Notes: generated from the letters alone by a model not told the origin. A stretch of 63,566 nucleotides of DNA, filler included, from Octopus bimaculoides (GCF_001194135.2; 4 parts of 4 records of this genome joined end to end with filler, not necessarily neighbours in it), one strand, 5' to 3'. Counted from the whole stretch's first letter, positions 39,192-53,298 are shown. Made by a program: numbers and translations.

Positions 39192-39474
39192 TCAATCGCC
39201 AGAAGCTGAGAAATGCTACACAGTAATTTTTATTTCAATCTCCATTTCAATAAATTGCATTTTCTTTTTTTGTTGCACACAGTTCATTTTACAATTAACC
39301 TTTTGTTTCTCTTTATAGATTTCTTATAAATGTTAAAAATCAAATGCGTAATGACTTGATATTTCTTCGATCACCTCACGCTTGTTTAGACAAAATCTTC
39401 AAATAGACTGTATCTGTGTGTGAAGGTGAATAGCCTACCGGTTGGAGATGTTGCACTGATGATCGCAAGACTCG

Positions 39475-39519
<45 letters not shown>

Positions 39520-40105
39520 CACTTCTTTTTTCCACTGTTAAGAGAGTTAGAAGAAAAAAAGAAAGAAGAAAAGGAAATCGATCGTATATAATTCCTAAAT
39601 GTTTTAAAGGAACATAGACCATTTTGTTTCATGATCCCAAGTTACATTGTATTGACAAGCTTTAATGAGAGCGAAATAACGTTATCAGCAACTACTAGGA
39701 CATCCGAAACGAGAAAAAATTAATTATATGTAAATATTCTTTTACATGTTCTTTCACTCATAATAAAAAGACATCGCATAATAATAAAGCAAAACAAAAG
39801 CCCTGAGTAGTTCTCTCCCGCTCTTCTTTTCCTTAGTAAACTCCCTTTCTTGCAGTCATTAAAAGCAAGGGCGGTCAATCCTTTAGGGTGTACATATTTT
39901 TGTATCGTTGGTAAATTAATATTTCGTTGATATCTTTGAAAATGGTTATTGTTTTGCGTTCCAAATTTGTATAATGTTTGCATGTATAATATATTTTATA
40001 CAGTATAAATTGTGTTTGATCTCCTTCGATACTATCAGAGTAACAGCAATTCTACTGAAATATTCTAGGGCTGTAGATACTTCTGTGGGACACTGTATAT
40101 GAATA

Positions 40106-40349
40106 TCTATATATATATAAAATTGAGAATGTATGTCTGTGTGTCTGTGTGTGTGTGTCTATGTGAATCCCTAAAACTCCAGAACTACACAACCAATTTC
40201 ATTCAAATTTTACACATGCCTTACTTAGGTTGTGTTTTAGTCAAAACAAAAATTTTAACTTCTTCCATAGTTCGAGCCCACAGCAACATAATATCTCCTC
40301 CACTATTTAAGTATTACGTGTCAAAAGTGAAACTAAAACACTCATGTCA
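40106..40349 (+). mobile_element. Helitron-like non-autonomous element, 5' part
   Basis: A|TCTATATATATAAAA start, (GT/CT) tract, AACTAC..AACCAATTTCATTCAAATTTTACAC; paralog at 54464. Confidence 0.6.
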
Positions 40350-41310
40350 TTCGAACCGGAATCTCAAAAACATTGATATTATTAAATTTATGCATTTCTA
40401 ATCAATGTGGAGATATTTGCTATTGAGTTGCAGATTTTTAACAATGCATTTGGTGATTATTTGCTTTATTTCTCGGGCAAAATTTACAACTTAGAATAAA
40501 AGAATAAAATTATTATTTCATTCAAAAATGAATGAGCTTTGTTTTTAGTGATGACTTGAAATGGTAAATGTTTTTTTTAAACTGTATTTGCTTGGAAAAC
40601 CATGCTTGTGGATACCTTGAACTTCATTTTCCTTTCTTTCTCTCTCTTTTTTACTTTTTTCGCATTTTCCTGATTAGCTTGTGGCAGGTATTGTACTTTG
40701 GGTGACACTTTATTGCTCACCTGTGTTTTTTCAGTTGAAATCGTCTTTGCCTTTCTTCCTCTGAGAATCGATGAAATAAGTATGAATTTATTATTGGATT
40801 CGTTGTAATCGAATATATCTAATCTACAAATGAGATATATCGGTAGTACGCATTTCCCATGATGTTACAGTTATCGTACATCATTTCACTGTAATAATGT
40901 TACAGTAAGCTGCACAAACATCGATAGGATAATAACTATCAAGACTTACTAGATCTAGTTTGAATAACACCAAAAGCTGAATGTGTTATTCGTGAAGAAT
41001 TCTACTTCTATAACAAACACTTAGTGAACACCCTCATTTGTGAAAGGAATATGATTTATGAATCAGACATACAGAGACCAAGAAATAATTTAGTGGTAGC
41101 TCTTTTTTCGGGGTGGGGGTCAGAAAGGATTGTTTCCATCTAGATTTGCTTCTATCTAGAAATCAAAGGAAATGATTACTATTCTACTCAAACTTTGCTT
41201 TTGTGTCCTGGACATCAATGCTTTGAAACTGACCTATTTTTTATTATATTTCAGGCAGATTCAGTGCTGAGTTACTGGAGCAGAAATATCATTATAACAA
41301 ATATTCTGAA

Positions 41311-41485
41311 GTAGTTGTATGCTGTCAACTTAATGCGACAGTCCCCTGAAGGGAATAATACTACTGTTGGTTAGACAGGAAATGTGTCAAGGCCGACAGG
41401 AAGCGGTGCAGCTTCCTGGGCCTAATTAACAGTAGTAGTATTCTCTTCAGGGGACTGTCACATTAAGTTGACAGCATACAACTAC
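41311..41485. mobile_element. 175-bp fold-back MITE with ~64-bp inverted arms
   Basis: GTAGTTGTATGCTGTCAACTTAATGCGACAGTCCCCTGAAG... (41311-74) pairs with 41422-85 with few mismatches. Confidence 0.9.
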
Positions 41486-41514
41486 ATCGTATCACTACTG
41501 CATAAATCTCTCTG

Positions 41515-41650
41515 AGAGATTTGCTTGTCAGTTGCATGACCTTAAACATTTGTGCATGTCCCTTAGTGGCTGACAATATGTGCACCTCTGATCATGAGCA
41601 GGGGTAGTGGGGGAGCATCATAGTCATATTTTGAAAGCGATTCTTCGAGG
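41515..41650 (-). mobile_element. Family D repeat fragment
   Basis: GATTTGCTTGTCAGTTG..GGGGAGCATCATAG; overlaps the motif at 32371. Confidence 0.55.
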
Positions 41651-42893
41651 TTTGAGTAAATGTAACAAAAGCAAAGTTTGAAGAAAATATTAGCCATTTC
41701 TCATACTTTCTAGGGGTAAACAGATAGGAAATGATAGTTGCTACCCAAGGACAAAAATCGTGTTACACAGTGTAATCAGCGTTAAGACACGTTATATAAA
41801 AAGTAGATCAACTTTCTGGAATAGTGAGAGGAGAAATTCTACAGTCCTAGCTGCAAAAGGCACTTGACACAGGCGACAGTTTCGTTGAATGCAACATGGC
41901 TACATAATTAGAACTAAGCAGTGCAAATTTGGACGAAATATTGCTATTTAACTTATACAAATGCTAATGAAAATGGTGGGATGTAGATAAAACCTTAATG
42001 CTGCCTTGAATACAAATTGTACAAGGTATATTACAATAAAGATATATTACCCAATTAATTGAAATCATTGTTGTATACTTCACTTGGAAGAATATAGCAT
42101 TCTGACCCGTTGGAAATTAGTATTTGAGCACACCCATATTCAAGTGAGTTTTTACGATTACCATTTAGCAATCGTAAGATTGTACGATCTTCTCACGCAT
42201 ATATATAAACTATCATATACACACACACACATAAACATGCATACATATGTACACAGATAGGTGAAAACATACGCCCATACAAACGCACATTTAGGCAGGC
42301 ATTCAACGCACATATAAACATGGAGACATACATAATACATAAATACATAAACGCGTAAAGCATACAAACGTAGATCCATACTTACATATGTACACATACA
42401 TATTTATATATCACTCTTTCTTATCCTTTTAATCCAAAGTTTGCTTTAAGCGATACCTTATATACGTTAACAAATTAAGATCATTGCTAGCATTTTTTTT
42501 TATATCTGAAATGAATCAAATAAACACGATACAAAAAAAGATTCAGTCTTTCATTAAATATCTCGGTCTAAGAAAACAGCGTAACTAATCCTCTTAATAT
42601 TGTTATTCATTTTTATTCCCCTGTTGTCAAAACATTATTTTCGTATTCTGCTAGAATTATATACTGTTAGAAACTGATGAACATTGAAATCGATATTTTT
42701 AAAACATCAGCTTTTGATATATGATGGAGTTTCAACATAATATCAGAAGAACGTTTATGAAGAAAAGCATGCGATGTTTGTAGTATTGAATTAAAGTAAT
42801 TCGATTGTGAAAACATTAGTTGAAGCTCGGAAACATAATATTCAGAGTGTGCCCCGATGTAAGTATACATTTACATAGCTACGTATACATATT

Positions 42894-42956
<63 letters not shown>

Positions 42957-44129
42957 NNNNNNNNNNNNNNNNNNNNNNNNNNNNNNNNNNNNNNNNNNNN
43001 NNNAGTATGTATGTATGTATGTTTTTATATACGAATCTATGTATCTTTATATGTATATATTTATGTAATGTAATGTATAAACACGATTTTTATCGGAAAT
43101 GCAAACAGTTATAAGAAATTATCGAGTGGAATAAATTCGTTGGAAATTATTTCAATGTTAAAAGCAATTCTAAAATTAGCCGATTCTTTTACTCGGAAAG
43201 TTATATAATTAAGTATAGTATTCCGTACTGAAGTATTCTCCAACCGGCGGCTAAGTAATGGGTTGTATTGTAAACTTTTCAGATGCTTCCATAATTTAAG
43301 TGAAACTTTAGAAAATTGCTTTACATTTTTGTTGCTGTTATATATTTACATAATCATTAATGCGGCATTTAGGCGAGTACCGAAGAACAGCATAACATGA
43401 GTACATGGCAAGCAAATAACCTGATTTACAATTCCCAGTAAAAACTTACTTATATTACTCAGTCGATGATAACATTGAAGAATATATAAACATCGTTTGA
43501 TCTCAACGTTTTCCGCATAGTATCTTTACCCTCTGCTGTTGGCTGGGTCGTTAACAACTTCGCTTTGTTGCCACGTAGTTTTAGCTTCGAGAACTGTCTT
43601 CTGTAGCATCGGGTCGATGAAAGTCCTGGAAGTGAAATTTATTAAAGAAAAACTGTGGAAGCCCACCGATATGATGTTTCGTTCATGAATGGTAGATTAA
43701 CCTCTCGCCTGGCTTAGCACCACTATCGTAGGTTGCATTAGCAGGAACAACCCTGTTACAACTCTTCAGACCAGATTTTGTGTCCTAGAATAATTTCTTT
43801 TATATAACAACCTCAAAGGCGGTGAAAATTTTGAAAACTTGGCCGATTACAACTGTAAATTTTGAGTTAGGGGAACGCATTAATATATTAAATGAATCGG
43901 CCTGGAAATAAAATATAAGGTGTTATTTATGCACAGAAAATATTTAATATGTAACTCAGAAACAACACAGATACATTATCAAAAACCATTTAAGTCTCAA
44001 ATTGCTTCAACTCAGACTTATTTTGTACATTTCTCTTACATCAATTATTAACCATCCTTATGATAATCTCCGTTTTGTATAGTAAATGTATAATCTACAA
44101 TTATTTGGTTCCCTCTGGTTAGACAGTCA

Positions 44130-44592
44130 ACAAAGCGTATTTTATGAATGTTTTGAGAGAGTTCAGGAAAAGATTTCGTTGCAAAAGGCCAGACCTCTTC
44201 CTCTCGAGTCGGCGGCACTTCTACCAGGACAATGCACTAGTCAAAAATTCAATCCTGGCAACCAACTACTTGTCACTACTGTCCCTCATCCTCCCTATCT
44301 TCAGTCAACTTGCTTCTTGTGACTTTTGGTTGTCCCTCAAGCTGAAGGAGAACCTTTAATAGGGTGGGGGAAGTCGTTTGAAGACATTGAGAAGATGAAG
44401 GAGGCTGTGATAAGGGTCCTAGACGCCATAATCTTGGAGGACCTCTATAAGGCCTTCATAAAATGCCTGGAGCACTACAGTAAGTACATTGAAGTCAGAG
44501 GGTCATACTTTGAAGAAAATTAGAGTTTTGTACATCTTTGAAATTGATGTTTCTCCAGATAAACATTTCAAAACTTTTGTGATGCAACTTGT
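44130..44592 (+). mobile_element. 5'-truncated mariner (DD34D) remnant with right TIR
   Basis: VLREFRKRFRCKRPDLF, HFYQDNA, VPHPPY, LASCDFWLSLKLK, YIEVRGSYFE*; ends AACTTTTGTGATGCAACTTG followed by TA. Confidence 0.88.
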
Positions 44593-44794
44593 AGAATGAT
44601 GGGAGATGAATATAAAACCGCACACTGGGACACACTAGAGTTGATATAGTTTTGGAACAGAAAGGATTGTATGCACAGCTACCGATCCAAGTCTTAACAG
44701 GAAGTTTGCATCGAAGACTCAGTCGAAACATTTGCTGATGTCAGGGCAAAATAATTATTTTCATAAAATTTTCTTAATGAGAGAGCACACTGGT

Positions 44795-45470
44795 GGGGAA
44801 CATAAAGAATATCCGGAGGAGGGTCTCACTTTACAGAAACCGTAGTGGTGAGGATGAATGAGGAGAACGAGCGTTCAAGGTGTCGGAGAATGTTCTTGTT
44901 AATATTTGTTACTGCATCTTAAGATACTAGAAATGAATGAGGTAAGATGATATTGAGCAAGATCGTATGGTTGGATTATTCTTCTTTGGTGTGAGTATGC
45001 TATAACGTGTTTCCAAAGATAGAATACATCTCTCTAGAATGAAAGATTGAACAATTTGGGGTGTACAGGGGCTATGTTTGAGGGTAATGAGAGGGACATT
45101 GCCAGGACCGGTGAACTTGTCAGTTTGAAATGACTGGAGGTCACTTTTACATTGGGTGTTTTTAAAGATAGTGAGCCCGGTGGAATGGAAAAGGATGCGC
45201 TTGCATGAGGTCTGCAAAGTATGTGCAGTGTGGAATTGGATGTAAATCTGTCAGCGATGCTAGAGGCATTTCTGTGTGGGTACTTCTTACTGAACGATCC
45301 TTGTTGAGGAGTGGAGGGAAAAAAGGATTTTACCGAAAGCTAGATATGAATGCTTACAATAGAGCAGATTACGCTAAATACAATCAAAGGCCAGGGTGTT
45401 GTAGTAAGCTAGATGGCGTTCTGTGCATACTAACCAAAAGAAAGGGGAAAATGGCTACCTTCAACACAAT
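44795..45470 (-). mobile_element. Degenerate L2/CR1-group LINE RT remnant
   Basis: Minus-strand fragments FPPLLNKD, ILTPKKNNPTIRSCS (cf. IPKKG..NYRPIS), NKNILRHLE, HHYGFCKVR (cf. HQYGFRKxRS). Confidence 0.65.
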
Positions 45471-46168
45471 ACGTAATGTAACTGCTTTAAAAGAATGAAA
45501 ACCTAATAAACAATATGTCTGTAGGTCCTTTGCTTGATCTGCTGCTTCTTACATCATTGTTTATACATACTTTTTTACAATAGTGTTTCATTCATTCTGA
45601 AAAACGTTGTTGAAATTATCTTGATGACAGCCTTAGAGAGAAAAGGAGAAGCGAAAAAGTGAAATAGAGAGAAACAGTGAGTGATAGAGAGAAAGACGCT
45701 ACATATATACATGACAAGACTATAAAAGACTAGCGCTACATGTACACATGGCAAGGCTGTAAGTAAAACTCGGTGTATGTCTCACTTTTACTGACAGTAT
45801 TTTCTTCGTTTTTCAAGGATTTAGCGAGCATCTGCAGATAACACTGCAACGTTATTGCATGTAAAGATTTGTTTATTTCTTTCTATCAATGGAATTAAGC
45901 TTTTATTTGACTACCCTTCTCTTTTAAAATACATATCAGTGGAGTTGGTAATACTGGTTTACAGAGAAATTGAGGCAAACATAAAAATAGTTGTTCTAGC
46001 TTAATGTTGGGATGCTGATTTCAAATACAAAACCAGTTTTCACTCATCACCTCTAGTTTTTAAGATATACATTATTATGATTTTGCGACAATTCACGTAA
46101 CCATGTATATGATCAATTTTTATTTTGTTTTCCAGATTTTTATGATACATATGATACATATCTCTACA

Positions 46169-46600
46169 ATGGCTTCATGCACTTAAAAATACTAAGGAGA
46201 CACCAAGGCAAATTCATTCTGCTACGTGTGTGAGGATTTCACGACAGTTGCATAGCACCGAACAATTACTTCCTCCTGAGAGCTGCTTGTTTTCATTATT
46301 TTGACTGTAAATTTGGAGAACAGGACAAATCCTGGTCCCCACACACCTGTTGTAAACCCTGCCTCAATGGACGATCTGCATGGTTTAACAGCAAGAAAGC
46401 AGCCTTCAACTTTGCTGTCCCGATGGTCTGGAGAGAGCGACGAAGCCATGCAGATGATTATTATTTTTGTTTAACAAATATAACAGCTTTCAATGCTTCT
46501 TCTAGAAAAAAGACCAAATATACCAACCTTCCCTCAGCTATGAGTCCTGTTTCCCACTTAGATTATCTCCCTGTCCCTACACCCCCAGAAAATAAGCATC
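46169..46600 (+). pseudogene. N-terminal remnant of a Sola-like (probably Sola3) DNA transposase
   Basis: NSFCYVCEDF, FGEQDKSWSPHTCCKPC, FAVPMVWRE..H.DDYYFC, YTNLPSAMSPVSH..PVP; stops and a frameshift. The superfamily label is from memory. Confidence 0.7.
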
Positions 46601-47480
46601 TTCTTCCTTTATACGGTCACAGTCAAATATGTGAAACAAGTAAAAGATAGAAAAGATAAAAGATATGTACTTTAAAGGCGGTGCTGCAGCATGGCCGCAG
46701 TCAAATGACTGAAACAAGTAAAAGAGTAAAAAGAAAGTAGGAATGTATGTACGTACGTATGTATGTATGTATGTATGTATGTAGGTGTATTTGTATGTAC
46801 GCAGTTACCGTCTGTATTGCTCGTTCCGAGCTGCCGGGCAGTGGGAGCTCTTTTTCTCGAGTTTCTTTTTCTTTATTTTAGAAAACAGATTAACAGAAAG
46901 AAATGAACGCAAACTACCAAGTATAGAATATTGATGGCTATATAATAATAAACTTAAACTAAAATTTATTTATTTAAATTATTCTAATTTTATAATTTGT
47001 TAGGAACGCAGACAAATGACAGCTAAAAGCCATCGTTAGGAACAAAATTTATTAGGATATTAATATTTCAAGTTATGAGTGACTACTTTCAAGAAATTAA
47101 CTTTTTTTAATTCTGAATCGTAATTATCTCACATTCTCTAATACTCTTATTGATATCCCTGTATTTTATGTTTTGGCTTGTTTCTTCTGCTTCAATGAAT
47201 GTTTGCAGTTTGGTTGTGATTGAAATATTCTTCAGAATTATATAATTATTTATACTCGAGTTACTTTGTTATTCTCATTATCCTTCTATCTTAAGACAGT
47301 GAAATGGTAGATTGCTGAATAGCTGGCTTCGCATTATTTACTCCGATCTCTGAGTTCAAATCCCAACACTGTCTTTCGTGTTTTTTTCGTTTTATGTCAG
47401 TATTTCGTTATATCTCGGGAGGGTCATTCTGCTAATAATAACCACATGCACTCCTTGTAGTTTACTTCGTTTAATATTAG

Positions 47481-47526
<46 letters not shown>

Positions 47527-48077
47527 GTCAATTAGTTTTTATTTCCATTTAACTAATCGATTGTTTGATTAATAACTTTGTCAATCAATCAAATTGGTTT
47601 GTAAAAGTCCTTTCGTTTCCATTTGCGACCTCACTATTGACGTGCCTTTTCCAATGCAGGTCGATGAGTTGGTTGTTGGAAATGTTAGAGGATCAAGCGA
47701 GATATTTTGCGATGTATGTTCCATTTCTGCGCGTTCTAACAGCAACACCAGTGCCGACACTTGGATAATCATCGGTGACGAGAGACTAGCATCTATGGAC
47801 AACAGACAGTCTACCCCACAAAATGATACCCATGCCAGCAAAAACATTGTCAGACACATAGCCAATATTGAACCTCTCCTATATGTCCAGATCTTATTTA
47901 TGTTACGTATTAATGTTCATTTACATTCTATTTATAAGAAAATCTGCCCTAAACAGTCCGATAATCACTCCAAAAGTCAAGTTAACACCTACTTGCCTTT
48001 TTTTTTAATGTGCCAATATCAAACGGTAATCAGAACAAATATCACAAACTAAAATCAGAAAAACATAAGGAAATAAC

Positions 48078-48173
48078 CTGTTGACAAACTGGCTTGGAGT
48101 TGGTGATGCATTGGCCAAACGAATTTTTCTTTGCGCCATGATTGTGTCTATGGGCGTGTATCTAGGTGTGGGT
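48078..48173 (-). CDS. Candidate symmetric exon (PTPRYTPIDTIMAQRKIRLANASPTPSQFVN)
   Basis: gtgtgtttgcag acceptor, CAG|gttatt donor, 96 nt, phase 2-2, single open frame, internal ATC-ATG-GCG. Confidence 0.3.
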
Positions 48174-49232
48174 CTGCAAACACACATAAATACCTGTTAT
48201 TCTACATATTCTTAGCAGTGAGATTTGGCTAGTATGTGGCGAAAGAACACTTGCCACTTCAACCATTTTTCCATTATAATTCCATTGTTTTGATCATGTA
48301 TGTCTATGGAGGATGATTTGTGAAACAAGTACTAATTCACATACACAACGCACACACATGCACGCACAGACACACACACACACATGAACATACATACGTA
48401 AATACGCACAAACGCACGCAAACACGCAAACAAACAACCAGGGAATACACTACACAGACACAAACATAGGTATATAAACACACTCGACCAGTTTAATGAA
48501 TAATTCTTACTAACCATACACTGGCTTTTCAATATCATTTAAAGATTTCTCCACCATTAAACATGTTGCTAAGGACATCTGGACTGTTGATTAAGATAAT
48601 ACAATAGTTTTTATCTGTTTTCTTTTTCTCTATTGTAAATATGATCCTCTGATTTAATAGCAGCTGTACAGGAACGATTTGGTTATTGATGCATTCATAT
48701 TGCCATTTATTCTGCCATGTAAAGCAACTAACTGGAAATCTTCAATTAAGTTTCATTGACGTGAGAATATCGTCTCTCATGAAAGATAAACATAATACGA
48801 CCGGATTTGCACGTTCTATAATGTTATTAGCACACAGAAACAAACTGCACATCAATGTAACTTGTTTCGGTTTTGTTTAATCGTGATGAAGCGAAATTGC
48901 TAATTGAGTGCATTTTCATCACACTAACACTAATACAGAAACGCATGCAATTTGCTTACAATGTGTGAAAATGAAATAAAGTGCATTTGAGGAGAGTTAA
49001 TCTCTAAATTTGGCCATTTGTCTTGAAGTTCTTCACTTCTACGAATGACATTAATATAGTTTTCTGTTTTCTTCTCTCCCCATATCTCTCTCCCTTCAAC
49101 TATCTATTTATTTGCCTTAATATCTATAAATTTATATCTATGTATCTAAATTAAAAATTAATATCTATCCATATATGTGTTGTGCTTATCCGTGTGTGTG
49201 TGCGAGTTTGTATTTACAGACATATACATATA

Positions 49233-49298
<66 letters not shown>

Positions 49299-49471
49299 NN
49301 NNNNNNNNNNNNNNNNNNNNNNNNNNNNNNNNNNNNNNNNNNNNNNNNNNNNNNNNNNNNNNNNNNNNNNNNNNNNNNNNNNNNNNNNNNNNNNNNNNNN
49401 NNNNNNNNNNNNNNNNNNNNNNNNNNNNNNNNNNNNNNNNNNNNNNNNNNNNNNNNNNNNNNNNNNNNNNN

Positions 49472-49506
<35 letters not shown>

Positions 49507-50673
49507 TATTCAAAAAGAATGAACCGATTTCATTACACAATATCTTATTTACGAAGATGGATTGAACAGGCTTTAATCTATATGACAACAATTAGTTCCG
49601 CGCAATATAATTTATTAATTACCTGTTAGTGGCTGAGTGTATCGTATATTATACATATTATTATATAAATACAATATAAATATGATCCAGCAATAGCCGG
49701 ATTGTGCTATATCCATATTCTAATTTCAGCTTATCCTTCATAAACAACAACACTAGGTTCAAATAGATGCAAGTCATAAAAAAATACAAAATATATTCAT
49801 ACAAATAAAAATGAAAAATATAAATTATAAAATAAATAAATCAAGATTAATCAACGGAAACGAAAAATCAAAAGTATAAAATATAAATTAACAAAACCCC
49901 AAATTCGGTCTTTTCTTTAGCATAAACTTTAAAATAATAAGGTTGCCAAAATATAAACTAGAAGGATTCTTTATCCATAGAGGACCATTACACAAGGCAA
50001 ATTAATGCTTAATATATGCAGAAAAAAAAGGAATCATGGAGTATATCCCAAAATTAACTAGGAGGTTTTTCTCCCTATCTCTTTTCTCTCTTCCTCCAAC
50101 TTCTCTCCACTGTTATAAGAAAAAAAATCGATCGTTGTTAACTGTAACTTTAGGTTTTGGTTACAAATGAACTAAGATAAAATCATCAGAAAACCTGCTT
50201 GTGCTATGCCGAAGATTTCAAAAGAGGATGAAATGATATCATACATGGCCATTATGATAATAATAAAGAATAATAACACTAAAATAATTATATACAATAA
50301 GATGTATGCTCTTCCTGCTCTTTTCACTCCTTGGAAAAAACTCTCCACAGAACATGAAAGATGGATATGTTTAGAAACGGTTATCTCCCCGGTGAGGAGC
50401 AAATCTCTTTCATTCACTGTTCCTAACACAGTATGTACAGTTTCCTGTATGATCACCGATTCCTTATCTCTTTTTTCTCTAAGCGTTTTCTTCAAGGGAA
50501 GTATGATCGATTTATTACCCTAAAGGGGTACCAGCATAGCTTAATTTTAGCTATTCTTGGTTCCCATCATAATCACTTAATCAGACATTAAGAGATGGTA
50601 TCAGACAAGGTGAATTTATTCGCCCATACACATACACACACATGTTCATTCACTTGGGGTGTACATAGAAATA

Positions 50674-50742
<69 letters not shown>

Positions 50743-51394
50743 ACACACACACATACATACACATAAATGTCGAACAATGAGAATTAGTGCTCAACACCGC
50801 ATTGGTGCATAAAGATTCTTTATTTGTTAGTGTGTGTGTGTGTGTGCGTGTGTGTGTGACTGTGTCTCTGTGTGACTGTGTCTCTGTGTGTCTGCGTTTG
50901 TCTGTGTATGATTACAGAAAATATGCCATCTGCCTCATTTTCAAGTAGATCTCTCCGAATGCATCGATTCCATGTTCTTAGACGGTCAATTATATGATAC
51001 TATATGAGACGGGGAGGAAAGATGGAAGCAAGTAAAGATGAAGGGATAGGTGGAGTAAAGAGTTACCAGCATATATTCATATTATAAGTGTCAAACAAAG
51101 AGAACAATTAATTAAACAAATTCAGAGGATTAAACTATTAAATATAATTGGTAGTTATAATATGGTGTCAATCGAGCCTGCGATTTCTGACATAATAGGA
51201 AGTCTTCAGAAGTAATTGCTAATCTGTCTTTCGATTATAAGAAACTGCGCAAAAGGCCATACGAAGTAATTAACAGAAACTCGTAGTGGATATGTGTGTG
51301 GTGTGTGTGTGTGTAAACATACAAATATATACACGCACACATCTATATATCTATATATGCATATATATGCATACACACACACACACACACACAA

Positions 51395-51441
<47 letters not shown>

Positions 51442-51757
51442 NNNNNNNNNNNNNNNNNNNNNNNNNNNNNNNNNNNNNNNNNNNNTTAATTAATTAANNN
51501 NNNNNNNNNNNNNNNNNNNNNNNNNNNNNNNNNNNNNNNNNTATATATATGTATATATATGTATATATATATGTATATATATATGTATATACGTATATAT
51601 ATATGTATATATGTATATATATATGTATATATGTATATATATATGTATATATGTATATATATATGTATATATGTATATATATATATGTATATATGTATAT
51701 ATATATGTATATATGTATATATATATGTATATATATATATGTGTATGTATATATATG

Positions 51758-51796
<39 letters not shown>

Positions 51797-52492
51797 TATG
51801 TTAATATTTAGCAGAAGCAAGAGTGACTCAAGGTCCGAGAGTTTTGTGTGTTAGCACTAATCACTTATTTGCCCATAAGTCAGAAAAGAAAAAGCACACT
51901 CAGTATGAGAAATGGAATGGTTATATGCCATAACCATCAGCATACCACTCAAAGACATATGCTTACTGTAAACACATACACACTCACACACACCCTCATT
52001 CATTCAATTTTATGTTTGTGTTTCCATGCTGACATTGGTTAGATGTAACTTGCTCAGAGAGATTTTCTACGGCTGGATGCTCTGCCTGTTATCACCAGCC
52101 TTTACCAATTACAGAAAAGTTGCATTCCTGAACATTCTGCTGTAGTGTGGAATCCTGTAAGAGGAAACCTATCTTCCTTTGCCTTCCATGGTACACGAAA
52201 CTCAGTGAACATGATGAATATGGAAGTCAGTCATCGGAGAATAATATTTTATGTTATGGCAAGGTTTTCAGGAACACAATACTTCTGTAATATGCTACTT
52301 TTTTCATTCTTCGATTGCATTGTTTACATAAGATGTTAGACATATCTGGAGATGAAATGTTGTAACAAATCAGTGCTTGCTATAATTTCTATAAAAAATC
52401 TTAGAGATAACCTTAAAAAAATCCTCACCTGTTTCCAAGCAACATAATATTCCTCCATGCTCAGACAATGATTTCCTTGGGAGACTGTAAAC

Positions 52493-52804
52493 CAGTGATT
52501 CTTGGCCATTTTCTACTTATGGACCCCTTTGATTACTATTCTATTCTGGTATACCCCCGTAGCTATGTTTAGAACCTAGTTTAATTGATACTTCTTTCCA
52601 AATTCCTATTTTGTTATTCACACATTAACTTGCATAGGTTAGTCTATGTCAAACACCAGAGAAAGGAAGCTGTTTCTTGCAATAAATATATTTAAATCAA
52701 AAGTTTTTCAGGGACCCTCTATAAAATACTGTCAGTCCCCAATTTACTATTTTGCTAGCATGAACCCCCAAAAATCTTATATAGACCCTGTTTGAAAACT
52801 ACTG
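52493..52804 (+). mobile_element. hAT (Charlie-like) MITE
   Basis: CAGTGATTCT...GAAAACTACTG termini; the 8-bp flanks CTGTAAAC and ATATACAG fit nTnTAnAn but are not identical. Confidence 0.6.
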
Positions 52805-52812
52805 ATATACAG

Positions 52813-53298
52813 CAATGATTTTCAACTATTTTTCTCTCTACGGACCCATGATTACTATTTTATTCTGGTGGACCCCCCCCCCCCCAGCTATTTGATATTT
52901 AAAACTTAGCTTTGTTCATACTTCTTTCAAAATTCCTATTAAGGAAGCTGTTTGTTGTAATAAATACACTTCATGCAAACTTTGCCATGGACCCTTTACC
53001 CTTAACATTTAAACCGGTCATATCCTGTGAAAATATTCTACCCGTTTTATCTTCAAACTGGTCAAATCTGGCTTTTCACACCTACCCTATACTGTCACTT
53101 TAAAAATAAACAGTTACATCTTCAAAATCTGAGAGCTATGTAATAATGCATGATTAATTTAAAATGATGTGAATACATAAAAACTACATTTGACAGAGTA
53201 ATGTGAATATTAAATGGCTAATATACTCCCGTGGATCCCCAACTTACTATTTTGCTTGTGTGAACCCCCACCTCCCCAAACCTTATATGGACTCCCTG
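52813..53298 (+). mobile_element. Second copy of the hAT-like MITE, interrupted by a piggyBac-like MITE
   Basis: Homologous to 52493-52804 (GGACCC..TGATTACTATT, ACTATTTTGC, CTTATATGGAC). Confidence 0.6.
52999..53217. mobile_element. piggyBac-like (TTAA) MITE, diverged
   Basis: Homologous to 57809-58009. Confidence 0.6.

Noticed and set aside
42668-42701. CTGATGA-ACATT-GAA-ATCGAT-A with an A/T-only stem I
   Set aside because: No stem II and only weak A/T pairing; expected by chance in AT-rich DNA.
51165-51215. Minus-strand CTGAAGA...GAAATCG-loop-CGATT
   Set aside because: Stem III forms but stems I and II do not.
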